This document shows, piece after piece, positions 12,200 through 26,318 of a stretch of DNA of 64,000 nt (position 1 is the first letter of the stretch; each line of letters begins with the position of its first letter). Location of the stretch: contig NC_043008.1 of NCBI RefSeq assembly GCF_006345805.1, forward strand, positions 38,812,001 to 38,876,000, given 5' to 3'. Made by a program: the position numbers and the translations under genes. The stretch comes from Octopus sinensis (lineage: Eukaryota). The notes beneath the pieces were generated by a model. It saw nothing but the letters and a program-made list of their open reading frames with translations, made no database searches and was not told the DNA's origin.

Positions 12200-12714
12200 G
12201 ATAGATAGATAGATAGGTCCCAGCTCCATAACACAACATATACCAAACTATTAATAAGGCAATAACAATTTTCTACAATTTACCGTGAAGTTCTGGAAAT
12301 GTGGATGTTTTATATTTAATGTATACACCGTAAAATGGTGTAAATATCTATAGACATTAGAAACACCATTTCGAGACAACACGGATCAACAGGTACATTA
12401 TCAAACACAATGTAAACTACCACAATAACAGTAACAAGAACTGTTATTTTCTGAAGAGAACGAAATACCCATATGCTCTCTGTTTATATATTTCTTACTA
12501 TTTCCTCCGTTCTCAGTTCAAATTCCGTCGCGGTTGACTTTGCCTGTGCCTCACATCCTTTCGAGTATCAGGAAATACGTATCAGTCGAATTCTGAGGTT
12601 TGTCTGATTCCACCAATAGTCTTTTGATTCGCTAGTTTCAATGTTGATCGTTATTAGTGACATTTTTCTTTTCAGTTCTATTTCAAAATATTCTGGCTGC
12701 TGTTGTTGTTGTTG

Positions 12715-12910
12715 TTAAGCAACAAGACGGGGTAAGGGTGATTAAGTGATGGTCTAGGGCTTAGGGGTGGGAGACCCCAGACCTTGGAAAAAAAAACCTC
12801 TGGTCATCTTGTAGTCGATGGCTCTTCGTTGACCCCCGACACCACTGGGAGGTGGCCCTCGAAGTCGCTGGAAATGGAGATCTCCAGGTCCAAATTCTTG
12901 AACGGCTGTT
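12715..12910 (-). mobile_element. Probable 3' end of an unassigned retroelement with an (AAC)n tail
   Basis: GC-richer block ending, on the minus strand, in ttgcttaacaacaacaacaac; no diagnostic protein motif. Confidence 0.3.
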
Positions 12911-13161
12911 GATACTACTACTACTACTACTACTACTAACTGCTTGCGTTTTGAGAACAGTTTGTATTTAAATCAGTCTATCTGCACGTATGTATACCTA
13001 TCTCTTCCTTTTATTGTTATTTAAAAAATATTCTATAGAAGACACGAATTTCTAAGAAATAAAAAATACATCATTGAGGTCTTAGACCGGAAATATACAA
13101 GAATTAATTACACATTGAATATTACAAAAGTTGAATAAAATTTTCACTTCTCTGTTTACAG

Positions 13162-13176
13162 ATTCAATTCTGAGTA
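13162..13176 (+). CDS. Candidate 15-nt microexon (x-SILS-)
   Basis: ttttcacttctctgtttacag|ATTCAATTCTGAGTA|gtaagt: strong acceptor and donor, length a multiple of 3, open in phase 1. Confidence 0.4.
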
Positions 13177-13309
13177 GTAAGTGGTCCCCTTCTTTTCCAG
13201 AAACCACAAGTTTAACTAAATTGTGTATATCCGTATATATGGACTGATGGACGGACGGTGGGGCCGATGGATAAATGGATGTAAGGATTTTATATTGGTT
13301 TCAAATTTT

Positions 13310-13487
13310 AGCACAAGGGAAACAATTTCGAGGTAATGGGTGATTCGATAACAACTGGTGCTTATTTTATCGACTCCTAAAGTATGAAAAGCAAAATTGG
13401 CTTCGGGGGAATTTGAACTGAGAACTTAAAGGCGGACGAAATGCCGATAATGATTTCGCCCAGCGTGCTAACGATTCTGCCGCCTTT
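13310..13487 (-). mobile_element. Degenerate SINE A
   Basis: gaatttgaactgagaac..atttcgcccagcgtgctaacgattctgccgcctt matches the reverse of the SINE A head and body. Confidence 0.75.
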
Positions 13488-13627
13488 GTAGAAATGTTAC
13501 ATTGAATAGAGACATTATACACATCTTCTAAGACTGACCAATTCTAACACTGACTAATTTAAGGCGGCAAATTGGCAAAATCGTTAGTGAGTCAGGTAGA
13601 AAACTTCGCAATATTTGTTCCAGCTCT

Positions 13628-14048
13628 CGGATCTTTTCGGTTTGAACGGCAGTTTCTAACATAATTTCTAGGTGACTAAAAAATTTTAAACTCCGTATAC
13701 TGGTAGAATGTGTTTATAATACATCTTTTTCTCTTGGCTTTATTGAGAAAATTCTATAGTTTGTAAGATATTTGTTGTTGCTTTTCTTCAATTTCTGCAA
13801 TTTCAACCAATCACTGACATCTATTGAGGTAAAAAACATTCTGTGCCGTATGAATATGTCCTTCGTTTAAGGAACAGATTAGGTTTATTTACATTTGTGA
13901 AGAAAAAAAGATACCCTTCCCCCACTAACCCTAACGCTAACCCTAAAACAGATTGAAATGCAGTAGATCGATACTAATGTCATAATTATGGGTGACAATT
14001 TCATACGACACCGCTAGAAAAAACTTCCGTTCAAACCGAAAAGATCCC
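13628..14048. mobile_element. MITE with ~27-bp TIRs and an internal TAACCC-like motif
   Basis: (c/g)ggatcttttcggtttgaacggcagttt ... aaaacttccgttcaaaccgaaaagatccc; internal ctaaccctaacgctaaccctaa; no TSD identified. Confidence 0.75.
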
Positions 14049-14109
14049 GACTCTCTATGCAAAGTTTAACTTTACCGTTCATACTTCCAGAGTCGGTAAA
14101 AATATGTAG

Positions 14110-14395
14110 CATAGGTTGCGCGGAAAAGAAGTTCCCTTTGCTACAACGTGGTGTCGGATTCCGCCTCCCTGCGCGGCACATTGAGTGTGTCTTCTGCTAG
14201 GATCCGGATCGACCAATGCCTTGACAAAAGTTGGTTCGTTTACGCACCCCCACCCCATAACGATTTAGCAAAAGGAAAAAAAGAAAACCGATACAATAAA
14301 TACCAAACGTAAACAGTAAGTACAGGGGTTTATTTGTTCGACGAAACCCTTAAATGCCGTGCTCCAGCATGGCCGCAGTCCTATGACCGAAACAA
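14110..14395 (+). mobile_element. Old degenerate SINE B
   Basis: tgcgcggcacattgagtgtgtcttctgcta..cgaccaatgccttg and tail gtgctccagcatggccgcagtcctatgaccgaaac. Confidence 0.65.
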
Positions 14396-14770
14396 TTATT
14401 TAAAAAAATTATTATCCAAGGTGGGGGATTGGCGGAACCATATGAACGTCGGGTCGGATGCCTTGCAGTAATTGTGTTGAATGTTTGCTTTTTAAGTTCA
14501 AATCTGGCCATAGCTCATTTGGTTATTAAACTAAAAGTGACGGCCAGTTTTGCACCACCATCTTCTAACTAGGGTCTTTTTAGTAGAGTCCGCTCTGTTA
14601 CAAGTACTCGGACCAGGTTTCCAGCACGAAGATTTCTTTCTCTCACCGCGCCACAGGCCCATGAAGTCATATAATGAGATACGAATACTGCTTTACATCT
14701 GAACAAAAGAAAAAAACATCTAGCAAACTGTACGATGTTATGAAGGTCCAAGAACTGAGCACTAATGTGT

Positions 14771-14826
<56 letters not shown>

Positions 14827-15024
14827 TTTTCTAGCCATCTATCTATCAATATTTTTTTCTGTATATACATATTGATGTACCGGACTGTAGATCTTGCAAG
14901 AGCAATTTTACGATCCACTGTCCTAATTGGTTGATTAAGAAGAAAAATATTAGATTCGACGTACTTTTGACAAACGAGTGTGGTGTGTACTTTTATGGTT
15001 TGGACTAAACAACAAGGATAAGTC

Positions 15025-15067
<43 letters not shown>

Positions 15068-15849
15068 CGTGCTCACGTATGCACACACACATATTCACAC
15101 ACACACATATTCTTACATACAAGAGGATACAGATGGAGACATAAATGATGCTATACACATGTATAGAGGCATAAATAGACTGCAAGATGAAGAATTTCTG
15201 TAGAGTTACTTCCCCGACTGCCAAAGAAGTTCCTGCCGTAATGATGTTTATTGAAGAAAATTGTAGCCGACACCCATTCAATGAGGTCAACCAGTGCAAT
15301 TTTTTTCTCTCTCATTTCTCATTTGCCACAATGAGGTGTTATTCACCATCATACATCAGTCGCACATACACACACACACACAACACACACATATATATAT
15401 ATATATATGAGTATTTATGAGTATATATGTGTATGTATACACATATATATATATATATATATGATATATATGTATATATGTATATATATATGGGTGTGTA
15501 TAGTGAATAACAAGACAATATCATTTTTAATCATGTTAATATCCGTTTTCTAATACGCCACAACCTGCCTGTATCCCTCTGTTCTTATTAGTCCCATACA
15601 CTAATCACCGCACCGCCATTCTTCTCTTCCTACTTTGAATTCTTCCCGCACCTTGCTATTCTTTCTGCCCCTGCACCTCTTCGTCTTCATCGTTACCACC
15701 AACGCCACAGCCACCACACCATTATTCACTTCCTCCTCCTCATCATCATCATGTCCATTATCATCTTCGCCATTGTCGTCTACATTATCAACATTAGTGC
15801 AGTCAAGTACTATTCCACACCTAAGTAGCGTAGAAATCACATACATACA

Positions 15850-15885
<36 letters not shown>

Positions 15886-16302
15886 ACACACACCACACAA
15901 CTCGTACGAACTCACACAGAAGCATACATGCACACAGATATACACACATACACATGTATACATCTTATCATGAACTCATCAAGCTTCCCCCATCTCATCT
16001 TCGCAAACAACTTATCATTAAATCTCTTACATTAATATGATTCTCACGTATGTATATTGTAAATAGATGGGATGGTGTTGTTTTTACTCTTTCTTTAAAT
16101 CAAATAGAAACCATTGGAAAATGAGGTAAACAGACTCTGAGAAGATAAGTTAAATACAAACGGCAAAATTATAAAAAGAAAATGGCCGATTTGTTAACTT
16201 GTTAGGTTTGCAGATAATACAGTTAGCTGAGGGTTCGTATCATGCCATTCGACGTTCTGTACGATCTCAGTTGTTGATCATACAACACTTTCCATTTCTA
16301 TT

Positions 16303-16595
16303 ACTCTTTTACTCTTTTACTTGTTTCAGTGAATTGACTTCGGCCATGCTGGAGCACCGCCATTTAGTCGAGCAAATCGATCCCAGGACTTATTCTTTGC
16401 AGGCCTAGTACTTATTCTATCGATCTCTTTTGCGGAACCGCAACGTTACGGGGACGTAAACACATCACCATCGATTGTCAAGCGATGTTGGGGGACAAAC
16501 ACAGACACACAAACGTATACACACATACATACATACATACATATATACATACATATATACATACATACATACATACATACATAGACACACACACG

Positions 16596-16674
<79 letters not shown>

Positions 16675-16845
16675 TATATATATATACGACGGGCTTCTTT
16701 CAGTTTTGTCCTCCGAATCCGCTCACAAGGCTTTGGTCGGCCCGAGGCTATAGTAGAAGACACTTGTCCAAGGTGCCACGCAGTGGGACTGAACCCGGAA
16801 CCATGTGGTTGGTAAGCAAGCTACTTAACACACAGCCACTCCTGC
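16303..16845 (-). mobile_element. SINE B with an expanded (~185 bp) internal microsatellite
   Basis: Full head and tail in reverse orientation; internal (CATA)/(CA)/(TA) tract at ~16500-16685. Confidence 0.9.
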
Positions 16846-16867
16846 AAATATATATATATCTTTCATA

Positions 16868-17095
16868 TTTTACTTGTTTCAGTCGTTGAACAGCAACAGC
16901 CATGCTGGAGCACCGCCTTAAAGTGTATAATGAAACAAATCAACCCCGGTCGGTTGTCAAACGGTAGACGGAGAACAAATACAAACACACACACACGTAC
17001 ACGCACACACATTCACTCACACACACGAACAAACACACATATAACACACACACATATATATATATTATATATATATATATATACGACGGAATCCT
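16868..17095 (-). mobile_element. Partial SINE B (tail half)
   Basis: ttttacttgtttcagtc..gccatgctggagcaccgcc. Confidence 0.65.
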
Positions 17096-17412
17096 CCACA
17101 ATGACTATGTACGTAAGTACGTGTATATGTATGTACATATGTATGTGTGTGTTTTATCCAGTTTTATTTCAGGATTTCTTGCTTATAGAGAAAGAGCTGG
17201 TTTCTAACCTAGATCCAAGGCACCATATTTGGGATTTATTTAAGACAGACAAATTCATATTTGGAACTCGAGAAAGGGCTTGCATATATTTACTGTTCCC
17301 CTCACAGATTGCACTTGTAATGTACGAATTAGTCGGTCGATTTATCTTTCTGATTTTTAAATATGCTAACTGACTGGTTTTAATTGATTAACATTAATTT
17401 CTACCCTTATTG

Positions 17413-17473
<61 letters not shown>

Positions 17474-17685
17474 CAATTGCAGCGTGGAAGGTGTTTCACG
17501 GATTTTTGTCAGTGAACAGGTCGCGGTCTGAAAGCGACGAAAATATTTTGACAAATTAAACTTAAATGTTGAAGTGAATCGAACGGCTTTTGTGTGGTTC
17601 TTAAATGGCTTACAAACACATTCCACGCTGCATTGTTTTCGTTTCAGCACCGATCTCAGATCAAATCACTTGCTATGCAAGTACA

Positions 17686-17724
<39 letters not shown>

Positions 17725-17765
17725 TATATATATTATATATATATATATATAATATATATATATAT

Positions 17766-17796
<31 letters not shown>

Positions 17797-17848
17797 CAAA
17801 TATATATATATACACATATATATACATGATATATATATATATACACAC

Positions 17849-17899
<51 letters not shown>

Positions 17900-18747
17900 A
17901 TATATATATATGCATATATATGCACACATATTATATATATGTATGTATGTACGTATGTATCCGTTTATATATGTATATATTTGTTAATAGCTTTAATTCT
18001 TTCAGTACCAGTGCGAACACAGTCACGTGTGCAAACAGACACGCAGACACACATACTCACATACACATACGTACATGCACATACATATTTAAGAGCACAG
18101 ATACGTGAACCATAAACACATTCAGTGGAATCTCAGTCAATGATATCCCACTTCAGTTTCATTTGCCTCCTTCCCATTAGAATGTTTACAACACTATCAA
18201 AGCTGCAATAACCCTAATAACAACAGCAACAACAACAATAACAGCTGCTGCTGATGCAGAAGCTGCAGCAGCAACAACAGCAATAACCACAACAACAACA
18301 ACAACAATTTCAAACACCAGTAATCGCTTTCTCGAAGACCGCTAATTACATATTTGATTTCTTTAGTTCTTTTTACAACTTGACTCACGCACACGCACGC
18401 TCTCTCACACACACGCACGCGCACACACACACACGCACACACACACACACACACACAACACACACAAACGCATACATTCGCATATATGCACATGCTCACA
18501 TACACATACGCACACGTACACACGCATACAAATACACGTTGTTATATACATGTATATATATGTGTGTGTGTGTGCGTGTGTAAAGACATGTTTGCATATA
18601 CATATATTTGCACACACACATACACAAATATATATATGCGCACACATACACCCCCACACACTCTTACCTTACCCACACACACTCTTACCTTCCCCCACAC
18701 ACATATTCATACACACACAAACACACACATATATATATACATATATA

Positions 18748-18785
<38 letters not shown>

Positions 18786-19342
18786 GCATACATACACAGT
18801 CTAACTTCATATAGATATAGGCGAGTAAAATAGCATAGAAATATATACACTAACATACGCACTTATATTTAATATATATTCACGTGCACATTCATGTTAA
18901 GTAGATATTGATGGACGACTAATAACCTATCATTAATATAGAAAATAACCGAAATTACATAACATCAACAACGATAACAACAGCAGTAAGGCGAGGAACA
19001 ACAACAACAACAACAACAACACCAATAACAACAACAGCCAGCAACGCAGCCGGTATAAAGCACGTACAGCAGAAATACAGCAACAAAATGAACAGAAAGA
19101 TCAAAGGAATATTCCATTTACATTTACCTAATTTGAATGTAAATAGTTGCTTTTAATTACAGAGATAATCAACAGAATATGATAAAATTAACAAATAGGA
19201 AATATAAAGCCGAAAAAATTAATGATTGAGAATAAACAACGAATGGTGCCAACATCTTCAAATACGAGTATCGTAAAACGACAACAATACACATACATAT
19301 ATCATAATATATATAATATATGTATATATATATATATATATA

Positions 19343-19410
<68 letters not shown>

Positions 19411-19471
19411 CATATATAATATATACCATATATATAAACATATATATACATTCATATACATTATACATATA

Positions 19472-19504
<33 letters not shown>

Positions 19505-21089
19505 CATTTATTTATATTTATATTTATATAAGTAATCAATAGGAAAATTAAATAAAACCAATTAGTACAAAGATATAGTAATTTTAAAAGTCTTTATAAT
19601 TAAAAAAAACTAATTGTATCCATACTTGTAGCACAATTCTTACAGAAAATCTCTGCTATTCTGAGGCGTTTTCTGGGGCACGCTTATTTTCATCAAAGCA
19701 AAGGTTTTATGCTCACACGTACATACAAATACCACAAAAGATGGTAACTAATTCTTTAGTTCATTTTTTACTGATTCTAGCATCCACAGCGTAAATTTTG
19801 GTACAAGGCCAGAGATTCTAGGGGACATGAGATGAAGTAGACTGGCTAAAAAGACAGCGAAGCAGTAGGCGGATTTGAAAGTTAACAGCTAATTTGCAAT
19901 AAACTTTTAAATAGGAATTTGCATCTGCTAGAGAAGGTGTGGGAATAATAGTTGAAAATGTTTTGTTGAAGATAAGCGGAAAGACTCCATCGTTCGAACC
20001 GGGAATGACACGAACAAGATGATATTTCTTCTTGGCTTCTAAGGAAGGCTTCCATAAGGCTTCTAAGCAAGGACACGAGCAAGATTATATTTCTTAGTTT
20101 ATTTCGGGCCTATTACTCTATTGAATGCATAGCGATTTTAGCGAAGGTTTTTACAAAATAATTGACAATTTTTACAGATTATGTAGTCGGGATACCATAA
20201 CTCTTTGTGATACAAGACACATTTATTTCAACTAAACTCAATTTTCTTTTCCATGTCCACGCCAGTTAGATGCTTATAATATTGCTCATCAGCTTCTGCT
20301 TCACCAGCTCGCTAATCCCATCCATGTAGCTTGTAACATAAATAAAATTCCACCCTCTAGTAACACCATTGCTCCCTACGTGTCTCCATTGTACTGACAG
20401 CATAGATCCTAACATTTGCAGTCTGCATAACCAACCACTACTCATCCGAAAATGTTCTTAAAGAAAGACCCTAACTACCACGAGGACGACCTACTGGGAT
20501 TTGCTTGAGTTCATGTTTGTGTACAAGGATGGTCCAGTCGATTTCTGTAAAGCATTTGGACCTATCTGTGTATAGTTTAGAGGCTCTACTTCTTCCATCT
20601 AAGATAACTTTCTAAAAAAACACAAATACATATAAGAAAACTTTCTACTCGCCCATAAATACTAATAAAGTCTCGTGACAGCAGATGAAGTCTGGTTGTC
20701 TTTCTTGTGTTGGAACATTACCATCTCGCGATTCAGGGTACTCTTCTAACTTGTAGTCACGTCTATCATCACCAATCTACCATCTTTGTTCAGAAAGATC
20801 ATTCTTCACCTTCCTAATCAACATAGCCACACTACATGACCCAAACCGACAGAAATCTAATATACGTCTCCTATATGTCTTCGTAATTCTGGTGGTTACG
20901 TTAACGGAACCAAGAGGTCTAAGGGTGAGGTGCAAATCCTGATTTCAGACCCTGACGAGGCCACGAATGTTCATACACCAAATCGTAAATCTTGAAATCG
21001 CTGCATTCGAGACAGCCAGACAATAGAGTTGCTCCTATGAATCGAAATTTTTATTTCCCTCATTCGAAAATGAAATTTTGTTTTCAAGT

Positions 21090-21445
21090 TTTAGCAACAG
21101 GCCTGCAATTTCGGGAGTTGGGAGTGAAAGTCGATTACATCGACCCCAGTGCTTCGCTAGTTCATATTTTATCGACCCCGAAAGAATGAAAGGCAAAGTC
21201 GACCTCGACGCAATTTGATCGACTGTGAAATATTAAATGTCATTGCAGGTAGGAGCTGGCGTAATCGTTACCGCGTCGGACAAAATGCTTAGCGGCATTT
21301 CTTCCGACAATACGTTCAGAGTTCAAATTCCGCCTTTCATTCTTTCGGGATCAATAAAATAAGTTCCAGTGGATTACTAGGGTCGATGTAATCGACTTAT
21401 CTTCTCCCCCGATATTGCTGGCCTTGTGCCAAAATTAGAAACCAA
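21090..21445. mobile_element. Two SINE A fragments in opposite orientation (minus ~21090-21220, plus ~21250-21445)
   Basis: gtcgattacatcgaccccagt..gaatgaaaggcaaagtcgacctcg, then aggagctggcgtaatcgtt..gttcaaattccgcc..gggtcgatgtaatcgact. Confidence 0.75.
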
Positions 21446-22082
21446 TATTAAATGTTATGCTTCTTTTTATTGATGATATGCCTACACATTCGCTCTTAAG
21501 GGATTTTTTAAATTATTTTTTAGAAGGTAGTTGTTTTTTCTACCGATCTAGTGTATGTAGACACTAAATATATTTTGGGGATTGCGTGTCCCAAAGTCAG
21601 GACTAACCATGAGTTTATGATTTTCGGGTTTATGTCACTGATCGCGACTCTCATGTGTCATCGCGTTCCCACCAGACCAACAAATTACGCTGTCGGTATA
21701 AAACGAGTGAGCACACCCTGTCTTCTAGCATCCTCTTCTATTTTTAGGGCTAGAGTTATAGTTCAAAACTCAGAGATTAAGCATTCCTTTCATCAAGTGA
21801 TTTTGGAAGATAGGATATGATTTCACTTAATGGCCCCTATTCAGTTTGTAAACCCGGTTAAAGTGAGTTAATGTTTCCTGTTATGTGTATTCATAATGTG
21901 TAGCGAGGTGGGTGTACGTATATCACTATTAAACATTTATTTATTATCCGTCCTTCGATTTTCATATTAAGGATGAATGGCAAACTACAAGCTGGACTTT
22001 GACCTTTAAAACGGAAGCTTAAACACATCACTTTGAAACTGTAAGCAAAGGAAATGACTTCTACCCCTCCCACACACATTCA

Positions 22083-22122
<40 letters not shown>

Positions 22123-22855
22123 CTCTCTCTGTCCCCTTCTCTCTATGTTATCACATACACATAGACATATATATATTATATATATATAACGAAATGTCAA
22201 AAATAAAAACCAATATATTTTTCATCGACATCGATTCTATGAATGTCCTTGAAACAGGACAATAGGTGCAGTTATTTACAACTCATTTCATTAGCATTTA
22301 ATTGTCCCATAACATTCATAAATATGTCAGTGTTGTTGCTATTGTAGTAGTAGTAGTAGTAGTAGTAGTAGCAGTAGCAGTCGTAGTCGTTGTTGTTGTT
22401 GTTGTTGTTGTTGTTAATATAATTCTAATAAGCACACCCAAAATTTGCTTCGATTTTGTTTTCTTCCGTACAATGTGGGAGTCGACAGATAATAGAATAA
22501 TTCTTGCTAATCATCAGCAGGAAATAACTAACTTCCTTTCTTTCGTCTTCCGGAAGCTTGCTATGGTTTATCTAAATTAAATTAGGTAAACCAATCAGAC
22601 ACGAATAAAAAATTTTCTTTTTCCTAGTTTGTTTTTAGCTTCTTTTTTTTCTTTCTTTTTAGAAATCTTCGTTGTTTGATGATACGCTTTTACTTCGTCC
22701 GTGAGTCAGAGTTTGTCTGTACTTTTTCACCTCAACATTACATTTGCCAATCATTAGTGTGCAGGCCAAACTGGAAATTATTTCGCCAAGTTGACAGATC
22801 GTGGGTTCGTGTCATTTCACTGGCATATGCTTGCTTTTATTGACAAGAAATACAT

Positions 22856-23265
22856 AGGCGTTGGAGTGGCTGTGTGGTAAGTAGCTTGCTTACCGACCAC
22901 ATGGTTTAGGGTTCAGTCCCACTACGCGGCACCTTGGGCAAGTGCCTTCTACTATAGCCACGGGCCGACCAAAGCCTTGTGAGTGGATTTGGTAGACGGA
23001 AACTGAAAGAAGCCCGTCGTATACATGTATATATATGTATGTGTGTGTGTATGTGTTTGTGTGTCTGTGTTTGTCCTCCCAACATCGCTTGACAACCGAT
23101 GCTGGTGTGTTTACGTCCCCGTACCGTAGCGGTTCGCCAAAAGAGACCGATAGAATAAGTACTAAGGCTTACAAAAATAAGTGCTGGGGTCGATTTGCTC
23201 GACTAAAGGTGGTGCTCCAGCATGGCCACAGTCAAACGACAGAAACAAGTAAAAGAGTAAAAGAG
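22856..23265 (+). mobile_element. SINE B
   Basis: Complete head, internal (TA)/(TG) tract and tail, as at 6215. Confidence 0.9.
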
Positions 23266-25669
23266 TTATCTCTAATCTGCTGTCTCTACTAACCGGTTGG
23301 TTCTAAAATGTTTTCTTCCGTCGGTTTAAGGGATGAAGATCCAGTTGTTTAATCAATCGAACTCTCTGTTCATTGTACCAGCGCGCAAGTGGTTGAATAT
23401 TCCACAGATACCAACATCTTGAACGTAATTTTTGTGTAGAAGGAACGAGGCAGAGTATGACATTTATATTACATAAGTAATCTATCCGAAAGGGTTGCAT
23501 CCAGCTTCCGTCAACTCCGTTTTACTCAATAAAAAATTATCAATGATGCTGCGTGATATAACATCATGATATATCACGTTTGTCAGTTTCAAGCAAGATA
23601 TTGTACAAGAAACATAAGCATATTAACCACGATTTTGTGGACTATATACGGATTGTTTGAGGCGGGTCTTTAGTGATATAAAATTTGTTCTTAGATAGTT
23701 CCAGGGCCAGTGCCATAGGGGAAAACTAAGACTGATACATAGTATTTTTATATACTATGACCTTTTCCATATTTCATCAAGCACTTCTGGCACGGAGACT
23801 GATGAACTTTGTTCTCAGCCAAATAGAAATCGTTGCAAAGTTATCTATAAACATTATCCAAAACTAGAGTTTTTTGTTGATACTTGGAAAATTTGTTTTT
23901 ACTTTTTTGTTGTTAATCTTTCAGAACTAGAAACTTGAATCAGAAATAAAACAGTACCTTGATGGCAAGCTATTTAAATTTTATCATTCAATATTCGTAC
24001 AAACCGGAATAGAGGAATATTAAGTTGTTTTTTTTTGGGGGGGGGGTTGCATGTGAAGTATCTTAGTATACTTAGCAGGCGATAGAAATTTTGTCAAGCG
24101 GCCTTTAAAAATTAGAAAGACTGGTCGATGTCATTCACCAATAAGAATATTTTAGTCGACCTACTCCTTACCAAAGATGATCCAGAACAAAACAGTGAGT
24201 AAAAGTTCCATAGTTACCCGACCAAAGAAACAGACTCTCATTGGCAAGCTGATCAATGATATTTTAATGTAGTTGAACAAAGCGTTTAAGACATTTTCAC
24301 AACCATTCCAGTGTTTCTGGTACAACCTTAGAGTCCTTTTGCAAATGAAAGCACAATTATGTCAAACATATATGATTTCTCTCTTTCATATTGACAGTAA
24401 GACAGGTAATATATATACTTTAGAACATCGAGATCATTCCATCAACGATTTATGTGAACGATAAGTAACCAAATTCACGTGTTGGAGAGATGTATTTCAA
24501 AATTCATAACATGCGGAGAGTTGTCACCGGTTAGCGACTTATTCACGAATATACAAACACTAGCGCTGCTGACGGAAATATTCTCTGAGAATGCACAAAA
24601 GCCCTTTTCAGAGTTAATTACTTTGTATTGTTATTATCTCATATCTGATTAGCCTTTATATTACGTAACATGCTTCACGATTTTAGTATATATATCTTAT
24701 TAGGACATATTTATAGGTCTGAAAATCAGATGTACTACAAACACCTGTACCTAGCATTACATCTTTGAAGTCATGTAACACTAAGTGTTGTGGTAAACTA
24801 CAATTATGTGTCGTACTGAAATAACTATATCGTAATGCATTATCTTCGTGCTTTACAGTGAAAAACTTTACTCGAGTCTAAGATCCTTTTTATATGCGAA
24901 GATCCTTCTTATATGAAAATAGTTGTACTGAACGTGACATTAGCACTAAACGTGTTGCAGTATAACATCTACATTGTGGTAAATCACAACTGTTACTGCA
25001 CTTCTCGTTTCCCTCTTGTTGTACTACGGTAAGGCCCTGAAGAAAGTTCCAGGCTTCAAGGTTATCGCGAAAGGCCGGGTTGCAGGCCTAACATTCTGAG
25101 TTCTCTTACAGAGCTTAGAAAAATAGAAGAACTGCAGCAATAAGTGTATGAATCTGAGAAGAGTACAAACTCATAATTAACTGATCCTCCTGTATTTTCT
25201 TTTTACTCAAAACCAGGAACTTTTCAGCAATCCCTCAAACATGTAACTCTATACTACATATTAGTTTGACTTTTCTAATTTCATCGGCAGCGCGCAGCAT
25301 AAAGAGGTCTCTATTTTAATATCCAGTATTGCTGTTGTTGTTGTTGTTGTCGTCATCATTGTAGCTTACTTCCAGGTCGGCATTTATTCAGCTAAGTATA
25401 ACCAAAGGTGCTACAGGCACGCGAAACCCGTCCACTTTCTCAATAATCGTTTACATCGAACTACGTAATATAAAGACTCATACATTGACTTTGCAGTTGT
25501 TTATAGCTGTAAGAATAACTGCACAGCTCTCCTCACATTGAGGACACATAAATGTTGCTCTGAGGAAATTTTTCGACACGGTAATTTCAGAAGCATGACA
25601 ATGCGCAATTTTTGGATGCTTTTCTTCTATCTATATATCTACCTACCTATCTATCTATCTATCTATCTA

Positions 25670-25739
<70 letters not shown>

Positions 25740-25854
25740 CATATCTATCTATCTATCTGTCTGTTTTCTGTTTGTCTATGCATGTATATGTGTATCTGTC
25801 TGTCTGCCTGTGTATATACATATCTATCTAACTACTTCTGTCTCTCTCTCTCCA

Positions 25855-25920
<66 letters not shown>

Positions 25921-25922
<2 letters not shown>

Positions 25923-26255
25923 TAAATTAGGGATAAAACCACTATTAGGCAACTCATACAATGAAAAACTTAAGCCAATACATAAGATTAATTAATTTAT
26001 ATTATTTTAAATATATACAAAATTATTAAAAAAAGATAATGAGTATACTCATTATCTTTTTTAATAATTTTGATATATATTTAAAATAATATAAATTAAT
26101 TAATCTTATGTATTGGCTTAAGTTTTTCATTGTATGAGTTGCCTAATAGTGGTTTTATCCCTAATTTAATGTAATATAATATTTACTATAAAATTGGATT
26201 CAATCCTAAATCTGATTTTTCCCTGTAAGTTTGAATTTATTCCCTAATATTTTAT
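25921..26255. repeat. AT-rich element whose first 250 bp form a near-perfect spacer-less palindrome (centre 26045/26046)
   Basis: attaaattagggataaaaccactattaggcaactc... mirrored by ...gagttgcctaatagtggttttatccctaatttaat; 125-bp arms with two 1-nt indels; flanked by (TA)n. Confidence 0.9.
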
Positions 26256-26276
26256 TATATATATATATATATATAT

Positions 26277-26317
<41 letters not shown>

Positions 26318-26318
<1 letters not shown>

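Noticed and set aside
15601-15850. Acidic ORF (DDNGEDDNGHDDDEEEE); similar low-complexity ORFs at 5422-5652, 18197-18345 and 57854-58260
   Set aside because: Decayed trinucleotide-repeat sequence without convincing splice boundaries or domains.
20537-20560. VDFCKAF RT-like motif
   Set aside because: A single short motif; neighbouring RT motifs could not be recovered.
21748-21862. Strong acceptor and GTGAGT donor pair on the + strand
   Set aside because: Stops in all three frames. It could only be a non-coding exon, and it shows that such pairs arise by chance here.
24398-24405. 8-nt microexon-like signal (also a 27-nt candidate at 56281-56307)
   Set aside because: Neither fits the phase chain of its neighbours; chance occurrence is plausible.
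25037-25082. CUGAAGA...GAAAGGCC hammerhead candidate (similar CUGACGA at ~20952)
   Set aside because: No stem II and no UH cleavage site.
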